DNA of 36,371 bases from assembly GCA_964390845.1 (NCBI GenBank), contig CAYMIL010000001.1, positions 254,345 to 290,715 of the forward strand, written 5' to 3'. The notes under the pieces were generated by a model that saw nothing but the letters and a program-made list of their open reading frames with translations, searched no databases and was not told where the DNA came from. Within the stretch, counting starts at the first letter, position 1. Each line of letters begins with the position of its first letter. Source of the DNA: an uncultured Candidatus Saccharibacteria bacterium (GTDB taxonomy: Bacteria; Patescibacteriota; Minisyncoccia; Phycocordibacterales; CALRHW01). A program made the translations under genes and the position numbers. Of this stretch, positions 6,715-15,457 are shown one piece after another.

Positions 6715-8165
6715 GAGCGCTTGAGTATACTGAGCAACAACTCTTTAAGCATTGATGGATTAGCAGAACCCTTCGTTGCCTTCATTCCCTGACCAACAAG
6801 AAACTGCAATGCCGACTCTTTTCCGTTTGCATAATCAGCAACTACTGAAGGATTGTCCGAAACAATTTTTTCTATAACCACCTTCAATTCATCTGCATTA
6901 TTTTTTTGAATAAGATTTCTTTCCTGTATGATCGTAAGAACATCTCCCCCTTCTTCATACACAACCTTGAGTGCGTCCTTTGCACCGCGTGAAGACAATT
7001 CATTTTTTCCAACAAGTCCGATAAGTGTTGCAAACTGTTGCGCGGGAATCTTTGATGCTGGGTTTTCAAGAACAGTATCAATATCAACCCCTGAGGTCTT
7101 TACCAAACCAACAAAGTCAGAGGATAGATAGTTAGACACAAGCTTCACAAGCTTTTCATCCTTCCCCACAAACGAAGCAACTGTTTCAAAATATGAACCG
7201 AGTCCGCGTACCTTTGTATACATGTCGGCGTCCTCTGCTTTCATAGCATAGTCTTTTACAAAGCGCTCTCGCTTAACCCACGGAAGTTCTGGCAATGACG
7301 CCTTCAGTGCGTCGGGAGCAAACTCTGAGACATGTGAGATATACAATTTTGGAAGATCAGGGTCTGGAAAATATCGATAGTCATGTGATTCTTCTTTGAG
7401 TCGCTGAGAAAATGTTTTTTGCGCGCCCTCATCCCATCCGCGAGTTTCTTGAACAACCTTCTCCCCTGCCTCAAGAAGTTCGATGTGTCGACGCATTTCA
7501 AATTCGATTGCTTTTTCTACAGCTTTAAATGAATTGAGATTCTTTACCTCAACTTTAGTACCAAACACACCTGGAGTCTTACTTACAGAAATATTTGCTT
7601 CAACACGCATTTCTCCTTTTTCCATGTTTGCATCTCCCGCGCCAAGGTACTGAAGGAGCAACTGCAATTCTTTCGCAAAACGACCCGCATCTGCTGGGTT
7701 ATGGATCACGGGCTCTGTCACGAGCTCCATAAGAGGCACACCTGCGCGGTTGAAATCAACGAGGCTGTAATCGCCCTCATCATGACTCGACTTTGCGGTA
7801 TCTTCTTCAAGATGAATACGCGTAAGCGCAACACCGGCAAGATTCCCACCTTTTACAAGAGGATATTTGTACTGACTAATCTGATACCCCTTAGGAATGT
7901 CTGGGTAAAAATAGTTTTTTCTATCAAACTCAGTAAAATCTGCGAGATCTCCCCCGACAGCAAGCCCCATTCGAAGTACGTGCGCAATAGCTTCTTTGTT
8001 GATAACAGGAAGTGTGCCAGGGTGGCCCATGCACACAGGACATACGTTTACGTTTGGACGCTTCTCTTCGGGGTCATTCTTTGAGTCACAGAACATCTTT
8101 GTTCTGGTCTTGAGCTCCGCGTGGACTTCAAGGCCCACAGTAAGGGTGTAGTCTGATTCGGCCAT
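6711..8165 (-). CDS. gatB: Asp-tRNA(Asn)/Glu-tRNA(Gln) amidotransferase subunit B
   Basis: 484 aa. N-terminus YTLTVGLEVHAELKTRTKMFC...NVCPVCMGHPGTLPV and a C-terminal YqeY-like tail are typical of GatB. Confidence 0.9.
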   Translation of the reverse strand: MAESDYTLTVGLEVHAELKTRTKMFCDSKNDPEEKRPNVNVCPVCMGHPGTLPVINKEAIAHVLRMGLAVGGDLADFTEFDRKNYFYPDIPKGYQISQYKYPLVKGGNLAGVALTRIHLEEDTAKSSHDEGDYSLVDFNRAGVPLMELVTEPVIHNPADAGRFAKELQLLLQYLGAGDANMEKGEMRVEANISVSKTPGVFGTKVEVKNLNSFKAVEKAIEFEMRRHIELLEAGEKVVQETRGWDEGAQKTFSQRLKEESHDYRYFPDPDLPKLYISHVSEFAPDALKASLPELPWVKRERFVKDYAMKAEDADMYTKVRGLGSYFETVASFVGKDEKLVKLVSNYLSSDFVGLVKTSGVDIDTVLENPASKIPAQQFATLIGLVGKNELSSRGAKDALKVVYEEGGDVLTIIQERNLIQKNNADELKVVIEKIVSDNPSVVADYANGKESALQFLVGQGMKATKGSANPSMLKELLLSILKRS

Positions 8166-8175
8166 AGCAATATCC

Positions 8176-9141
8176 TTATCTTAGCATGCTCACAAGCTCA
8201 TCAGAGAGCTTTTTAACAGATGCATCATCGAGGACCGACACTGAGAGCACGTCTTTATTACGTGCCGTAAGCTTCTTGATTTGAGTGGCAAGAGTGCTCG
8301 CATCAACAGTATCTGTCTTTGTTATTAAAACTATTTCACGCTTTGAGGCGAGTTCTTCACTATACTGTTTGAGCTCAGCTCGAATGGTGTCGTATACCGC
8401 TAGCACATCCCCTTGGTCGGCTGCGATGCAATGGAGGATAATATTGGTGCGCTTGATATGTCGAAGGAACTTGTGTCCAAGCCCCTTTCCTTGAGAAGCA
8501 CCCTCGATAAGTCCAGGAATGTCGGCAATAATGTAGCCATACATATCTCCAAGGTTTGGTTCGAGTGTCGTAAATTCATAGCTCCCCACCTGTGCCTTTG
8601 CATTTGTGAGAGCGTTGAGCAAACTTGATTTACCTGCATTAGGCAACCCCACAAGACCAATGTCGGCAACAAGTTCGAGTTCTATAAAAAAATCTGCCTC
8701 TTCTCCCTCTCTTCCCTCAGTAGACTGCTGAGGACGTACGTTTGTTGAAGCCTTAAAATGCTCATTACCAAGACCGCCACGACCTCCTTCCAAAATCTTA
8801 ACCATCTCCCCATCATGCAAGAGCTGAACCTTTCGGCCATTTGAAAGATTTGTGACAATACTACCTATCGGCAAATCAACGATGAGATCTTCACCGTTTT
8901 TGCCGTGCATACTGTTGCGCATACCTCCGCCAGCATTTTCCGCAACAAGTTCTTTGACATGCTTATATTTTCTAAAAATAGCGAGATCTCGGACAGCACG
9001 AACAAAGACACTACCGCCTCGACCGCCGTTACCACCAGCAGCTCCAGCCTTATCTTTGCCCTTTTCGTGGCGCCAACGCACGACACCCTTGCCGCCGTCG
9101 CCCGCCTTTATATGGAGATTGATTTCATCAATAAATGCCAT
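8176..9141 (-). CDS. obg: GTPase Obg/CgtA (short form without C-terminal extension)
   Basis: 321 aa. Gly-rich Obg fold FIDEINLHIKAGDGGKGVVRWRHEKGK...GGNGGRGGSV. G1 motif GLPNAGKSSLLN. DIPGLIEGA. Confidence 0.9.
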   Translation of the reverse strand: MAFIDEINLHIKAGDGGKGVVRWRHEKGKDKAGAAGGNGGRGGSVFVRAVRDLAIFRKYKHVKELVAENAGGGMRNSMHGKNGEDLIVDLPIGSIVTNLSNGRKVQLLHDGEMVKILEGGRGGLGNEHFKASTNVRPQQSTEGREGEEADFFIELELVADIGLVGLPNAGKSSLLNALTNAKAQVGSYEFTTLEPNLGDMYGYIIADIPGLIEGASQGKGLGHKFLRHIKRTNIILHCIAADQGDVLAVYDTIRAELKQYSEELASKREIVLITKTDTVDASTLATQIKKLTARNKDVLSVSVLDDASVKKLSDELVSMLR

Positions 9142-9150
9142 GAGGGTTTC

Positions 9151-9178
9151 ATAGTACCCTATTTTGCCTAGTTTTCAA
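9151..9178 (-). promoter_or_regulatory. Promoter for obg with leaderless geometry
   Basis: Minus strand: TTGAAA (9178-9173), 16-nt spacer, TACTAT (9156-9151), then 9 nt to ATG 9141. It lies inside the 3' end of the MYG1 gene. Confidence 0.45.
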
Positions 9179-10064
9179 GGGCAATTCGAGCGAGGGCGAG
9201 TGCACCCTCTTTTGAAGACGCCGTGGCAAGAAAACATTTGTTGTGGCAGAAACGTGCGTCTGGCACACCCGTAACCCGCGCCAAATCCTCACCGCGCTTA
9301 CCAGCCCACGCCTGAGGTAAACTTTTTCTGTTTTTAAAGACCTCTCCTTCCGCGCGCACACACTTAAGGCGCCATGAATCACTCACGTCGTCTTGGTACA
9401 CAACATACAGAGGCTCTGGGTGACGCATCAGCACATCGTTCCACGGGTACTTTGCACTAAGCACAACGAGGCGCTTGTCTTCCGCACGCTCATAATCTGC
9501 CTCAACAAGATGTTCTGCTTCCTGCGCGTGAGTTGCAACAAGAATTTCTCGTGTAATGATTTTCTGTGCATATTCGACAAGCTCAAGAAACGCACTGTCG
9601 TTTATACCTACAGAATCTTCTTTCCATGTCGCTCGGAATACTGAAATAAGGTCTTGTAACGTATACGGAAGCACATCATCAACAAGCGAGTCGTAGATGT
9701 TAACGCCGTTATCGTTGGCATCAATCGGCATAATCAGTCTTGTGTCGATACGTGCGGCGACGTCATCATTTCCAGAAAGCTGAACGCCGAATGCTTTCCA
9801 CACAAGACCCACGGAAGCAAACGGGATTCCATTTGCTCGAGCGCCCGCACCACCTTCTTGGTGGTGGTCAAAACGACGAGTCTGCTCGTCATACACACCC
9901 CCAACATCAAGCACCACATCCGCACGAGCTATTTCCTCTTCATCTCGAGTGCGAACAATATCTATTTTTTTTCCTTCACCGAGAGCCAGTATGACAATGG
10001 CCGTAGCAAACACATCGTCTGTATGAAAATCCCCATTATGTGTGACAATGCGTAGAGTATTCAT
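9168..10064 (-). CDS. MYG1/UPF0160-family metal-dependent hydrolase
   Basis: 298 aa. N-terminus IVTHNGDFHTDDVFA and DVGGVYD...RFDHHQ are characteristic of the family. Confidence 0.75.
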   Translation of the reverse strand: MNTLRIVTHNGDFHTDDVFATAIVILALGEGKKIDIVRTRDEEEIARADVVLDVGGVYDEQTRRFDHHQEGGAGARANGIPFASVGLVWKAFGVQLSGNDDVAARIDTRLIMPIDANDNGVNIYDSLVDDVLPYTLQDLISVFRATWKEDSVGINDSAFLELVEYAQKIITREILVATHAQEAEHLVEADYERAEDKRLVVLSAKYPWNDVLMRHPEPLYVVYQDDVSDSWRLKCVRAEGEVFKNRKSLPQAWAGKRGEDLARVTGVPDARFCHNKCFLATASSKEGALALARIALEN

Positions 10065-10084
10065 GATGCGAACACGATATCACG

Positions 10085-12811
10085 CTACAGTGTCGAGCGC
10101 AAATGTTTTTTTCCCAAAAACCCCCTCATCAAACGCACGAGATACTTTCGTGCTTCTTCTACGACAACAATAGACAACGCCACTGCAATTACCACAGCCC
10201 ATTCGGCAAGCGTAAGCGGACTTGTGTGAAGCACTTTCTGCAAAAATGGCGTGTACACTGCGAGTAGTTGTAAGACAACCACCAATACAGTCGCCCCAAC
10301 AAGATAAAGATTTGAGAAAATACCTGCACCAAAAATAGATTTCGACTCGGAACGACAATTCCATGCATTACACCACTGAAAGACAGCGAGTGTCGTCAGT
10401 GCCATTGTCCACCCTTTCACAATATCCGCCTCGTGGACTGCATTGAAAACAACGAGAGCGCCCACCATCATCACCGCACCCATAATAATCATGCGCACAA
10501 TACCGTGGGTATCTATAAAAAACGCGCGCTTCACCTTTTTGGTATGACCAAGCAAACCTTCACGTGGCTCCATTGCCATTGCCACCACAAGGAATCCATC
10601 GGTCACAAGATTGAGCCACAAAATCTGGCTTGGCAATAACGGCAGCGGTAACGACAACAAAAGCGCCCCAACAACCACAAGTAGCTCACCAATACCTGTA
10701 GAAAAGAGATACAAAAGCACTTTGCGAATCGTTGCGTAAATGTTTCTTCCTTCTTCAATCGCGGCGACGATACTGTTGAAATTGTCATCGAGCAACACAA
10801 TATCTGCCGCCTCTTTGGTAACTTCTGTACCAATATTACCCATCGCAATACCAAGATCAGCGGCAACAAGGGAAAGCGCGTCATTCACTCCATCGCCTGT
10901 CATTGCCACAATATCGCCCCGCAGACGATACGCTTCAATAATGTTGAGCTTGTGTTCCGGCGTCACACGCGCAAACACAGACACACCACCAAGATGCGAC
11001 GAGAGTTCCCGTACTGTCATAGACTCTATTTCCGCACCCGTGAGTACTTTGTCTCCCTCTCGGAAAATACCCGCCTCTCGAGCAAGTGCTTCCGCGGTAG
11101 CCTTGTGGTCGCCCGTAATCATCACGACCGTTACGCCGTTGTCTTGGGCAATACGCACAGAATCAGCGACGGCTGGCCGTAGCACATCCCTCATACCAAA
11201 TAAGCCAACGAGTGTCAGTGGTGGTAATGTATCTACAGAAATAGCGTGTCCGGCATCTTGATGCATCGAAAACGCGAGCACACGCAAACCTTGCCAAGAG
11301 AGATTATGTACATACGACTCAAAAAGTTCTTTATCTTTCGCCGTAATCTTTCGAGCTTTGCCTTTATCCCACACAAAGTGCGCGCGAGAAATAACCGCCT
11401 CAGGAGCGCCTACCACTGTCAGAAATGACGCACCCTTAACATCATGTATCGTCGTGTGAAATTTTGTCACCGCATCAAATGGAATATCGAGAACAAGTGG
11501 TTCTTCTCGCTCCAAATCGTCCTTATCAAAACCAACCTTTTCTCCAAACACAAGCAGTGCGGCTTCTGTGGGGTCACCAGACACCTTCCACACACCTTCT
11601 TTTTCTAAAAAAGAAACACGCGCATCGGCACAGAACGTTGCAATTTTTCCAGCAAACAACAATTCTGGGTGGTTTGCAGGATCAACAACAACGTCTCCAA
11701 GCAACACATCCCCCGTTGCGTCATACCCGCTCCCTGACACGGTAAACATAGAACCCGACACAAACACACGCTCAACCATAAGCTCATTTTTTGTAATCGT
11801 TCCTGTTTTATCCACTGCCACAATACGCGCCTGCCCAAGAGCCTCAACAGCCTGAAGTTTTTTTACAAGAGCATTGCGCTTTGCCATACGATATACACCC
11901 GTAGCGAGGACAAGTGTAATCACAATCGGCAACCCCTCAGGAATGAGAGAAACCGCCACCGCAACTGACGTAAAAAACATGTCGCGAGGAGAGTTGCCAG
12001 CAGAAAGCCCGATCGCAAATACAATCACACTCGCCACAAGCACAGTGATACTAAGCACTCGCGACAGCTTTTCAATATCCTTTTTGAGAGGTGCCTCAGA
12101 ATCCACAGATACAATCTTTTGAGAAATACCTCCAATCACCGTAGTAATACCCGTCGCCACCACCACCGCCCGCGCCGCACCTGTCGCAAGAAATGTGCCC
12201 TTAAAAACCATGTTGTGACGATCTGCAACATGAGTCTCAATTTTCTCAATCGTGTCTGTATCTTTTATAACCGACCCCGACTCCCCTGTAAGCGCAGATT
12301 CATCGACCTTGCAATTCTTTACCTCGATCAATCGCGCGTCGGCAGAAACTTTATTTCCCTCACGAAGCACAATCACATCCCCCGGTACAAGCTCCGTATC
12401 CGGTACCACAACCTCTCGCCCATCACGCAAGACAACAGCATCAGTTGTTGCAAAATGTTTTAGTGCAGAAAGTGTGTTCTGCGCTTTACCCTCCTGCAAA
12501 AAACCTATCACCGCGTTTGCAACAAGTACACACAAAATAATATATGCATCCATCCGCTCACCAAGAAACATCACAATAACGCTTGCAATGAGCAAAATAT
12601 AGATAAGCGGACTCTTAAACTGTCGCGCAAACAACACAAAAGGACCATCGACAGGTGCGTCTGGTAACTTGTTGGCACCATACATATTCACACGCACTAC
12701 AGCTTCTTTCTGAGATAACCCATGCTCACTTGTATGCAGATCGGCAAGCGTCTGAGTCACAGAACGTGTATGCCATGCCTGCGTATGTTGTTGTACAACA
12801 GAATCCTTCAT
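10085..12811 (-). CDS. Cation-transporting P-type ATPase (P2-type, Ca2+/Mg2+-like)
   Basis: 908 aa. Phosphorylation site VDKTGTITKN. TGES actuator motif (LTGESGSV). MITGDHKATA. Hinge TGDGVNDALSL. About 10 TM segments. Confidence 0.9.
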   Translation of the reverse strand: MKDSVVQQHTQAWHTRSVTQTLADLHTSEHGLSQKEAVVRVNMYGANKLPDAPVDGPFVLFARQFKSPLIYILLIASVIVMFLGERMDAYIILCVLVANAVIGFLQEGKAQNTLSALKHFATTDAVVLRDGREVVVPDTELVPGDVIVLREGNKVSADARLIEVKNCKVDESALTGESGSVIKDTDTIEKIETHVADRHNMVFKGTFLATGAARAVVVATGITTVIGGISQKIVSVDSEAPLKKDIEKLSRVLSITVLVASVIVFAIGLSAGNSPRDMFFTSVAVAVSLIPEGLPIVITLVLATGVYRMAKRNALVKKLQAVEALGQARIVAVDKTGTITKNELMVERVFVSGSMFTVSGSGYDATGDVLLGDVVVDPANHPELLFAGKIATFCADARVSFLEKEGVWKVSGDPTEAALLVFGEKVGFDKDDLEREEPLVLDIPFDAVTKFHTTIHDVKGASFLTVVGAPEAVISRAHFVWDKGKARKITAKDKELFESYVHNLSWQGLRVLAFSMHQDAGHAISVDTLPPLTLVGLFGMRDVLRPAVADSVRIAQDNGVTVVMITGDHKATAEALAREAGIFREGDKVLTGAEIESMTVRELSSHLGGVSVFARVTPEHKLNIIEAYRLRGDIVAMTGDGVNDALSLVAADLGIAMGNIGTEVTKEAADIVLLDDNFNSIVAAIEEGRNIYATIRKVLLYLFSTGIGELLVVVGALLLSLPLPLLPSQILWLNLVTDGFLVVAMAMEPREGLLGHTKKVKRAFFIDTHGIVRMIIMGAVMMVGALVVFNAVHEADIVKGWTMALTTLAVFQWCNAWNCRSESKSIFGAGIFSNLYLVGATVLVVVLQLLAVYTPFLQKVLHTSPLTLAEWAVVIAVALSIVVVEEARKYLVRLMRGFLGKKHLRSTL

Positions 12812-12819
12812 TGATGCAT

Positions 12820-13881
12820 CTACATTGCCCCTTCCTTCACTCGCTTCACCAGTGTTGGGTACACATCAAGAAGAGAGACAAGCAAACTAAGTGATACAGG
12901 GCCGGCAATAAAACCAATTGGACCAAACAATGCAATACCACCCAAGACTGAGAGCAAAATAACAAATGAATGAATCTTGAGGCCTCGCTTTACCAACAGT
13001 GGAGAAAGGACGTTATCGATAAGACCCACTGCGCAGATACCCCACGCCGCAAGACCGAGCGCTTGCACACCACTACCTGTTACATACAAATAGATGATTG
13101 CCGGAGCAATCACGAGCCCTGTGCCGAGTGTTGGTACAAGTGATGCAATAGCCGCACACGAGCCCCAGAGAACGGGGTTTGGAATACCAAACACAAAAAA
13201 ACCAAGACCCGTGAGTATACCCTGCACAAGCGCCACGGCAAGTTGGCCGCGAACAACGGAATTGACGGTATCCGCGAGACGCTTAAGAATGACGCTGTCG
13301 TGCCCATCAAACAGCGGACTAATCGCCCGGACCGATCCCACAAACCGACCTCCATCTTTAAAGAAATAGAAGAGTGCAAGCACCATCAGGAAAAAACCAA
13401 ACACACCACGCACAATACTAGAAAAAAATCCTGCCATGTGCTGAGAAAACCACACAAGAACCTTACCCACATACTGCTCTACATCAAAACGAGCGTGAAG
13501 ATCGACAGGAAACTGGGGCACAACTTTGTGTATCATACGCTCTGCGCCATACAGTGCCTCAGCAAGCATGCCAACCCCCCTACTCTCTCCCGATGCAATA
13601 CTTTGATACAGCGACGTAGATTCCTGAAACAACAATGTTCCGAACAAAGCAAGAGGACCGAGAATAAAGAGAAGTACGATGCATACACACAAAAACGCGG
13701 CGAGCGCTTCCCTTCCACCGCAAACGCGACGGATGCGAGTATAAACCGGCTGGAAGGACACTGCCAATACCGCCGCAAGAAACACAACCGACACATACGG
13801 AAGAAACACAAAAAAGTTTAATACGACCGCAAGACTAATGAGGGTTATAAAAAAACCCAATTGCACAGTATGTACGTTCAT
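12820..13881 (-). CDS. AI-2E family transporter (PerM/YhhT-like permease)
   Basis: The track ORF extends to 13968, but that would overlap the upstream gene by 70 nt. ATG 13881 (MNVHTVQLGFFITLISL...) follows TATACT (13893-13888) by 6 nt. It is a polytopic membrane protein with the family-typical C-terminal half (VPTLGTGLVIAP..., GLIDNVLSPLLV). Confidence 0.75.
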   Translation of the reverse strand: MNVHTVQLGFFITLISLAVVLNFFVFLPYVSVVFLAAVLAVSFQPVYTRIRRVCGGREALAAFLCVCIVLLFILGPLALFGTLLFQESTSLYQSIASGESRGVGMLAEALYGAERMIHKVVPQFPVDLHARFDVEQYVGKVLVWFSQHMAGFFSSIVRGVFGFFLMVLALFYFFKDGGRFVGSVRAISPLFDGHDSVILKRLADTVNSVVRGQLAVALVQGILTGLGFFVFGIPNPVLWGSCAAIASLVPTLGTGLVIAPAIIYLYVTGSGVQALGLAAWGICAVGLIDNVLSPLLVKRGLKIHSFVILLSVLGGIALFGPIGFIAGPVSLSLLVSLLDVYPTLVKRVKEGAM

Positions 13882-13898
13882 GTATCTAGTATACCCTA

Positions 13899-14432
13899 TT
13901 AAGACACCTGAGCCGATACTCGACGATATGCAACATAAACGACAACAAGAAGTGCGAATACCGTACATGCCATCATTGGAATCGTTATGTAACCAAACTC
14001 AAGTACAAACACCTTTGAACACGAACCTCCTTGTGATGTACATGGAGTAAGTGACCTGCCTCCGAGCTGAGTATAGGAATGATACAACGCAATAAGACCA
14101 CCCACGAGCGAGAGAGCGCACATGTACGGCATAATCACTGTCTGTCTCCACCATATTCCAAGCCCCAACAACAATGCTTGAGGATACAGAAGGATACGCA
14201 TAATCCAACACAATACACATGGCGCATAACCCACCAACTCTGAATACAAGAGGCTCCCCACGACACCACCCATCGACAATATCCACGAGAGCACAAGTGC
14301 CCGCTTGCCGACCCACATGACCACACGATCAGAAAACGTGCTTCGAAATACCAGTGCGCAGATAAAAAGCACCAAAAGAATATTAGCTACGAGTGTAAGC
14401 CAAGAAAAAAGTGGTGTTACAAAATATGCCAT
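13899..14432 (-). CDS. Disulfide bond formation protein, BdbC/DsbB-type
   Basis: Start moved to ATG 14432 (MAYFVTPLF), 1 nt after the upstream stop. GYAPCVLCWIMRILLYPQALL matches the BdbC motif C-x-L-C-W-Y-Q-R-I-x-M-Y-P. The second Cys pair is TPCTSQGGSC. Four TM helices. Confidence 0.75.
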   Translation of the reverse strand: MAYFVTPLFSWLTLVANILLVLFICALVFRSTFSDRVVMWVGKRALVLSWILSMGGVVGSLLYSELVGYAPCVLCWIMRILLYPQALLLGLGIWWRQTVIMPYMCALSLVGGLIALYHSYTQLGGRSLTPCTSQGGSCSKVFVLEFGYITIPMMACTVFALLVVVYVAYRRVSAQVS

Positions 14433-14433
14433 G

Positions 14434-14805
14434 TTATGGGAGCTGACACTGTGTAGTACTTGCGAGATCTTCAAGAGACAGCGTCCCTACTTTTCTCTCT
14501 GCGTTAACAAAATCCCAGGTAGGATAACTCTGAACCCCCTTATCTGTACATGTCTGAAGTTGTCCCTGCCCATCTGGTGTTGAACATTCAACATATGGAA
14601 GGAACTGCACAGATCGTCCAAACATTGCTTTCTGTTCTCGACAATGCGGACACCAAAACGCTCCATAAAATACCGCGCCCTTGTCTTTAAGACATGTCGC
14701 AAACTGGTCGAGTCTACCTGGTTTGTCTGGCATCATTGCAAGAAATACCGCACCCGCAATTAGAACAAGTACTACAACAATTGTGATGATTGGTCCTTTT
14801 TTCAT
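14434..14805 (-). CDS. Membrane-anchored thioredoxin-fold protein (CxxC: WCPHC)
   Basis: 123 aa with an N-terminal anchor helix. VFYGAFWCPHCREQKAMFG resembles the Trx-like domain fused to bacterial VKOR homologues. Confidence 0.7.
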   Translation of the reverse strand: MKKGPIITIVVVLVLIAGAVFLAMMPDKPGRLDQFATCLKDKGAVFYGAFWCPHCREQKAMFGRSVQFLPYVECSTPDGQGQLQTCTDKGVQSYPTWDFVNAERKVGTLSLEDLASTTQCQLP

Positions 14806-14812
14806 ACGCAGA

Positions 14813-15457
14813 TTATATCACACCCTTCTTTTGTGTTCGTAGGCGGTACACTATATAGGCAACAAGACCACCCACAAGCACTACCCAGACAATCTTTTCA
14901 AAACGCGAGATTAAGTCTGCGTAGGCCACATACAATGTTCCCACCTGCCAACCCACGACACCGAGGATAAGCGCTCTGATGTATGTACCAAGAAAAGAAT
15001 ACAGAACATATTTTTTACTATCAAAACGGACGAGGCCAAAAAATGCAGAAATAGCGACGCTCGGCACGATTGGTAATGTGCGCAGGATAAAGAGCGCAAG
15101 TTCGTCGTTAGTACTCACTTCAAACTTTTTCTGAAGACGCTCGACATCTGCCCACGAAAGCCCGAGCCATTTCCCCCACCGCACAAGAACCGGTTTTCCA
15201 AATCCATATGCGATTCCATAGACAAACAATGAACCAACGGTCACACCACAGGCCGCAGGTAGAGCAACCACCATACAGAGAACCCACAACGTGTGCCATG
15301 AAAGCGGGCCACCGAGAAATACGAAACCAGAGAGTGTGATCACAAGCGCCGAAGGAATTGGCGCAACAACCTCTTCAATAAATGATGCAAGAAAGACACC
15401 CCATGCCCCCAACGGGATCAAAGCGGTCTGAATAAATTGGAGCAGTGTGGCAATCAT
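14813..15457 (-). CDS. DedA/SNARE-associated family membrane protein
   Basis: 214 aa, polytopic. FIEEVVAPIPSALVITLSGF and RTLPIVPSVAISAFFG are typical DedA motifs. Its start abuts the secA stop. Confidence 0.75.
   Translation of the reverse strand: MIATLLQFIQTALIPLGAWGVFLASFIEEVVAPIPSALVITLSGFVFLGGPLSWHTLWVLCMVVALPAACGVTVGSLFVYGIAYGFGKPVLVRWGKWLGLSWADVERLQKKFEVSTNDELALFILRTLPIVPSVAISAFFGLVRFDSKKYVLYSFLGTYIRALILGVVGWQVGTLYVAYADLISRFEKIVWVVLVGGLVAYIVYRLRTQKKGVI

Noticed and set aside
10740-11261. Plus-strand 173-aa ORF. The same applies to the other long antisense ORFs at 13243..13821, 23510..24061, 25111..25602, 28843..29487, 31365..31913 and 7701..8084.
   Set aside because: All lie antisense within well-supported minus-strand genes with strong family motifs. 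None has a promoter, start context or recognisable domain.
13899-13968. Apparent 70-nt overlap between the BdbC-like gene and the AI-2E permease ORF.
   Set aside because: It is an artefact of the longest-ORF start. The permease most likely starts at ATG 13881, directly behind a TATACT box, which removes the overlap.
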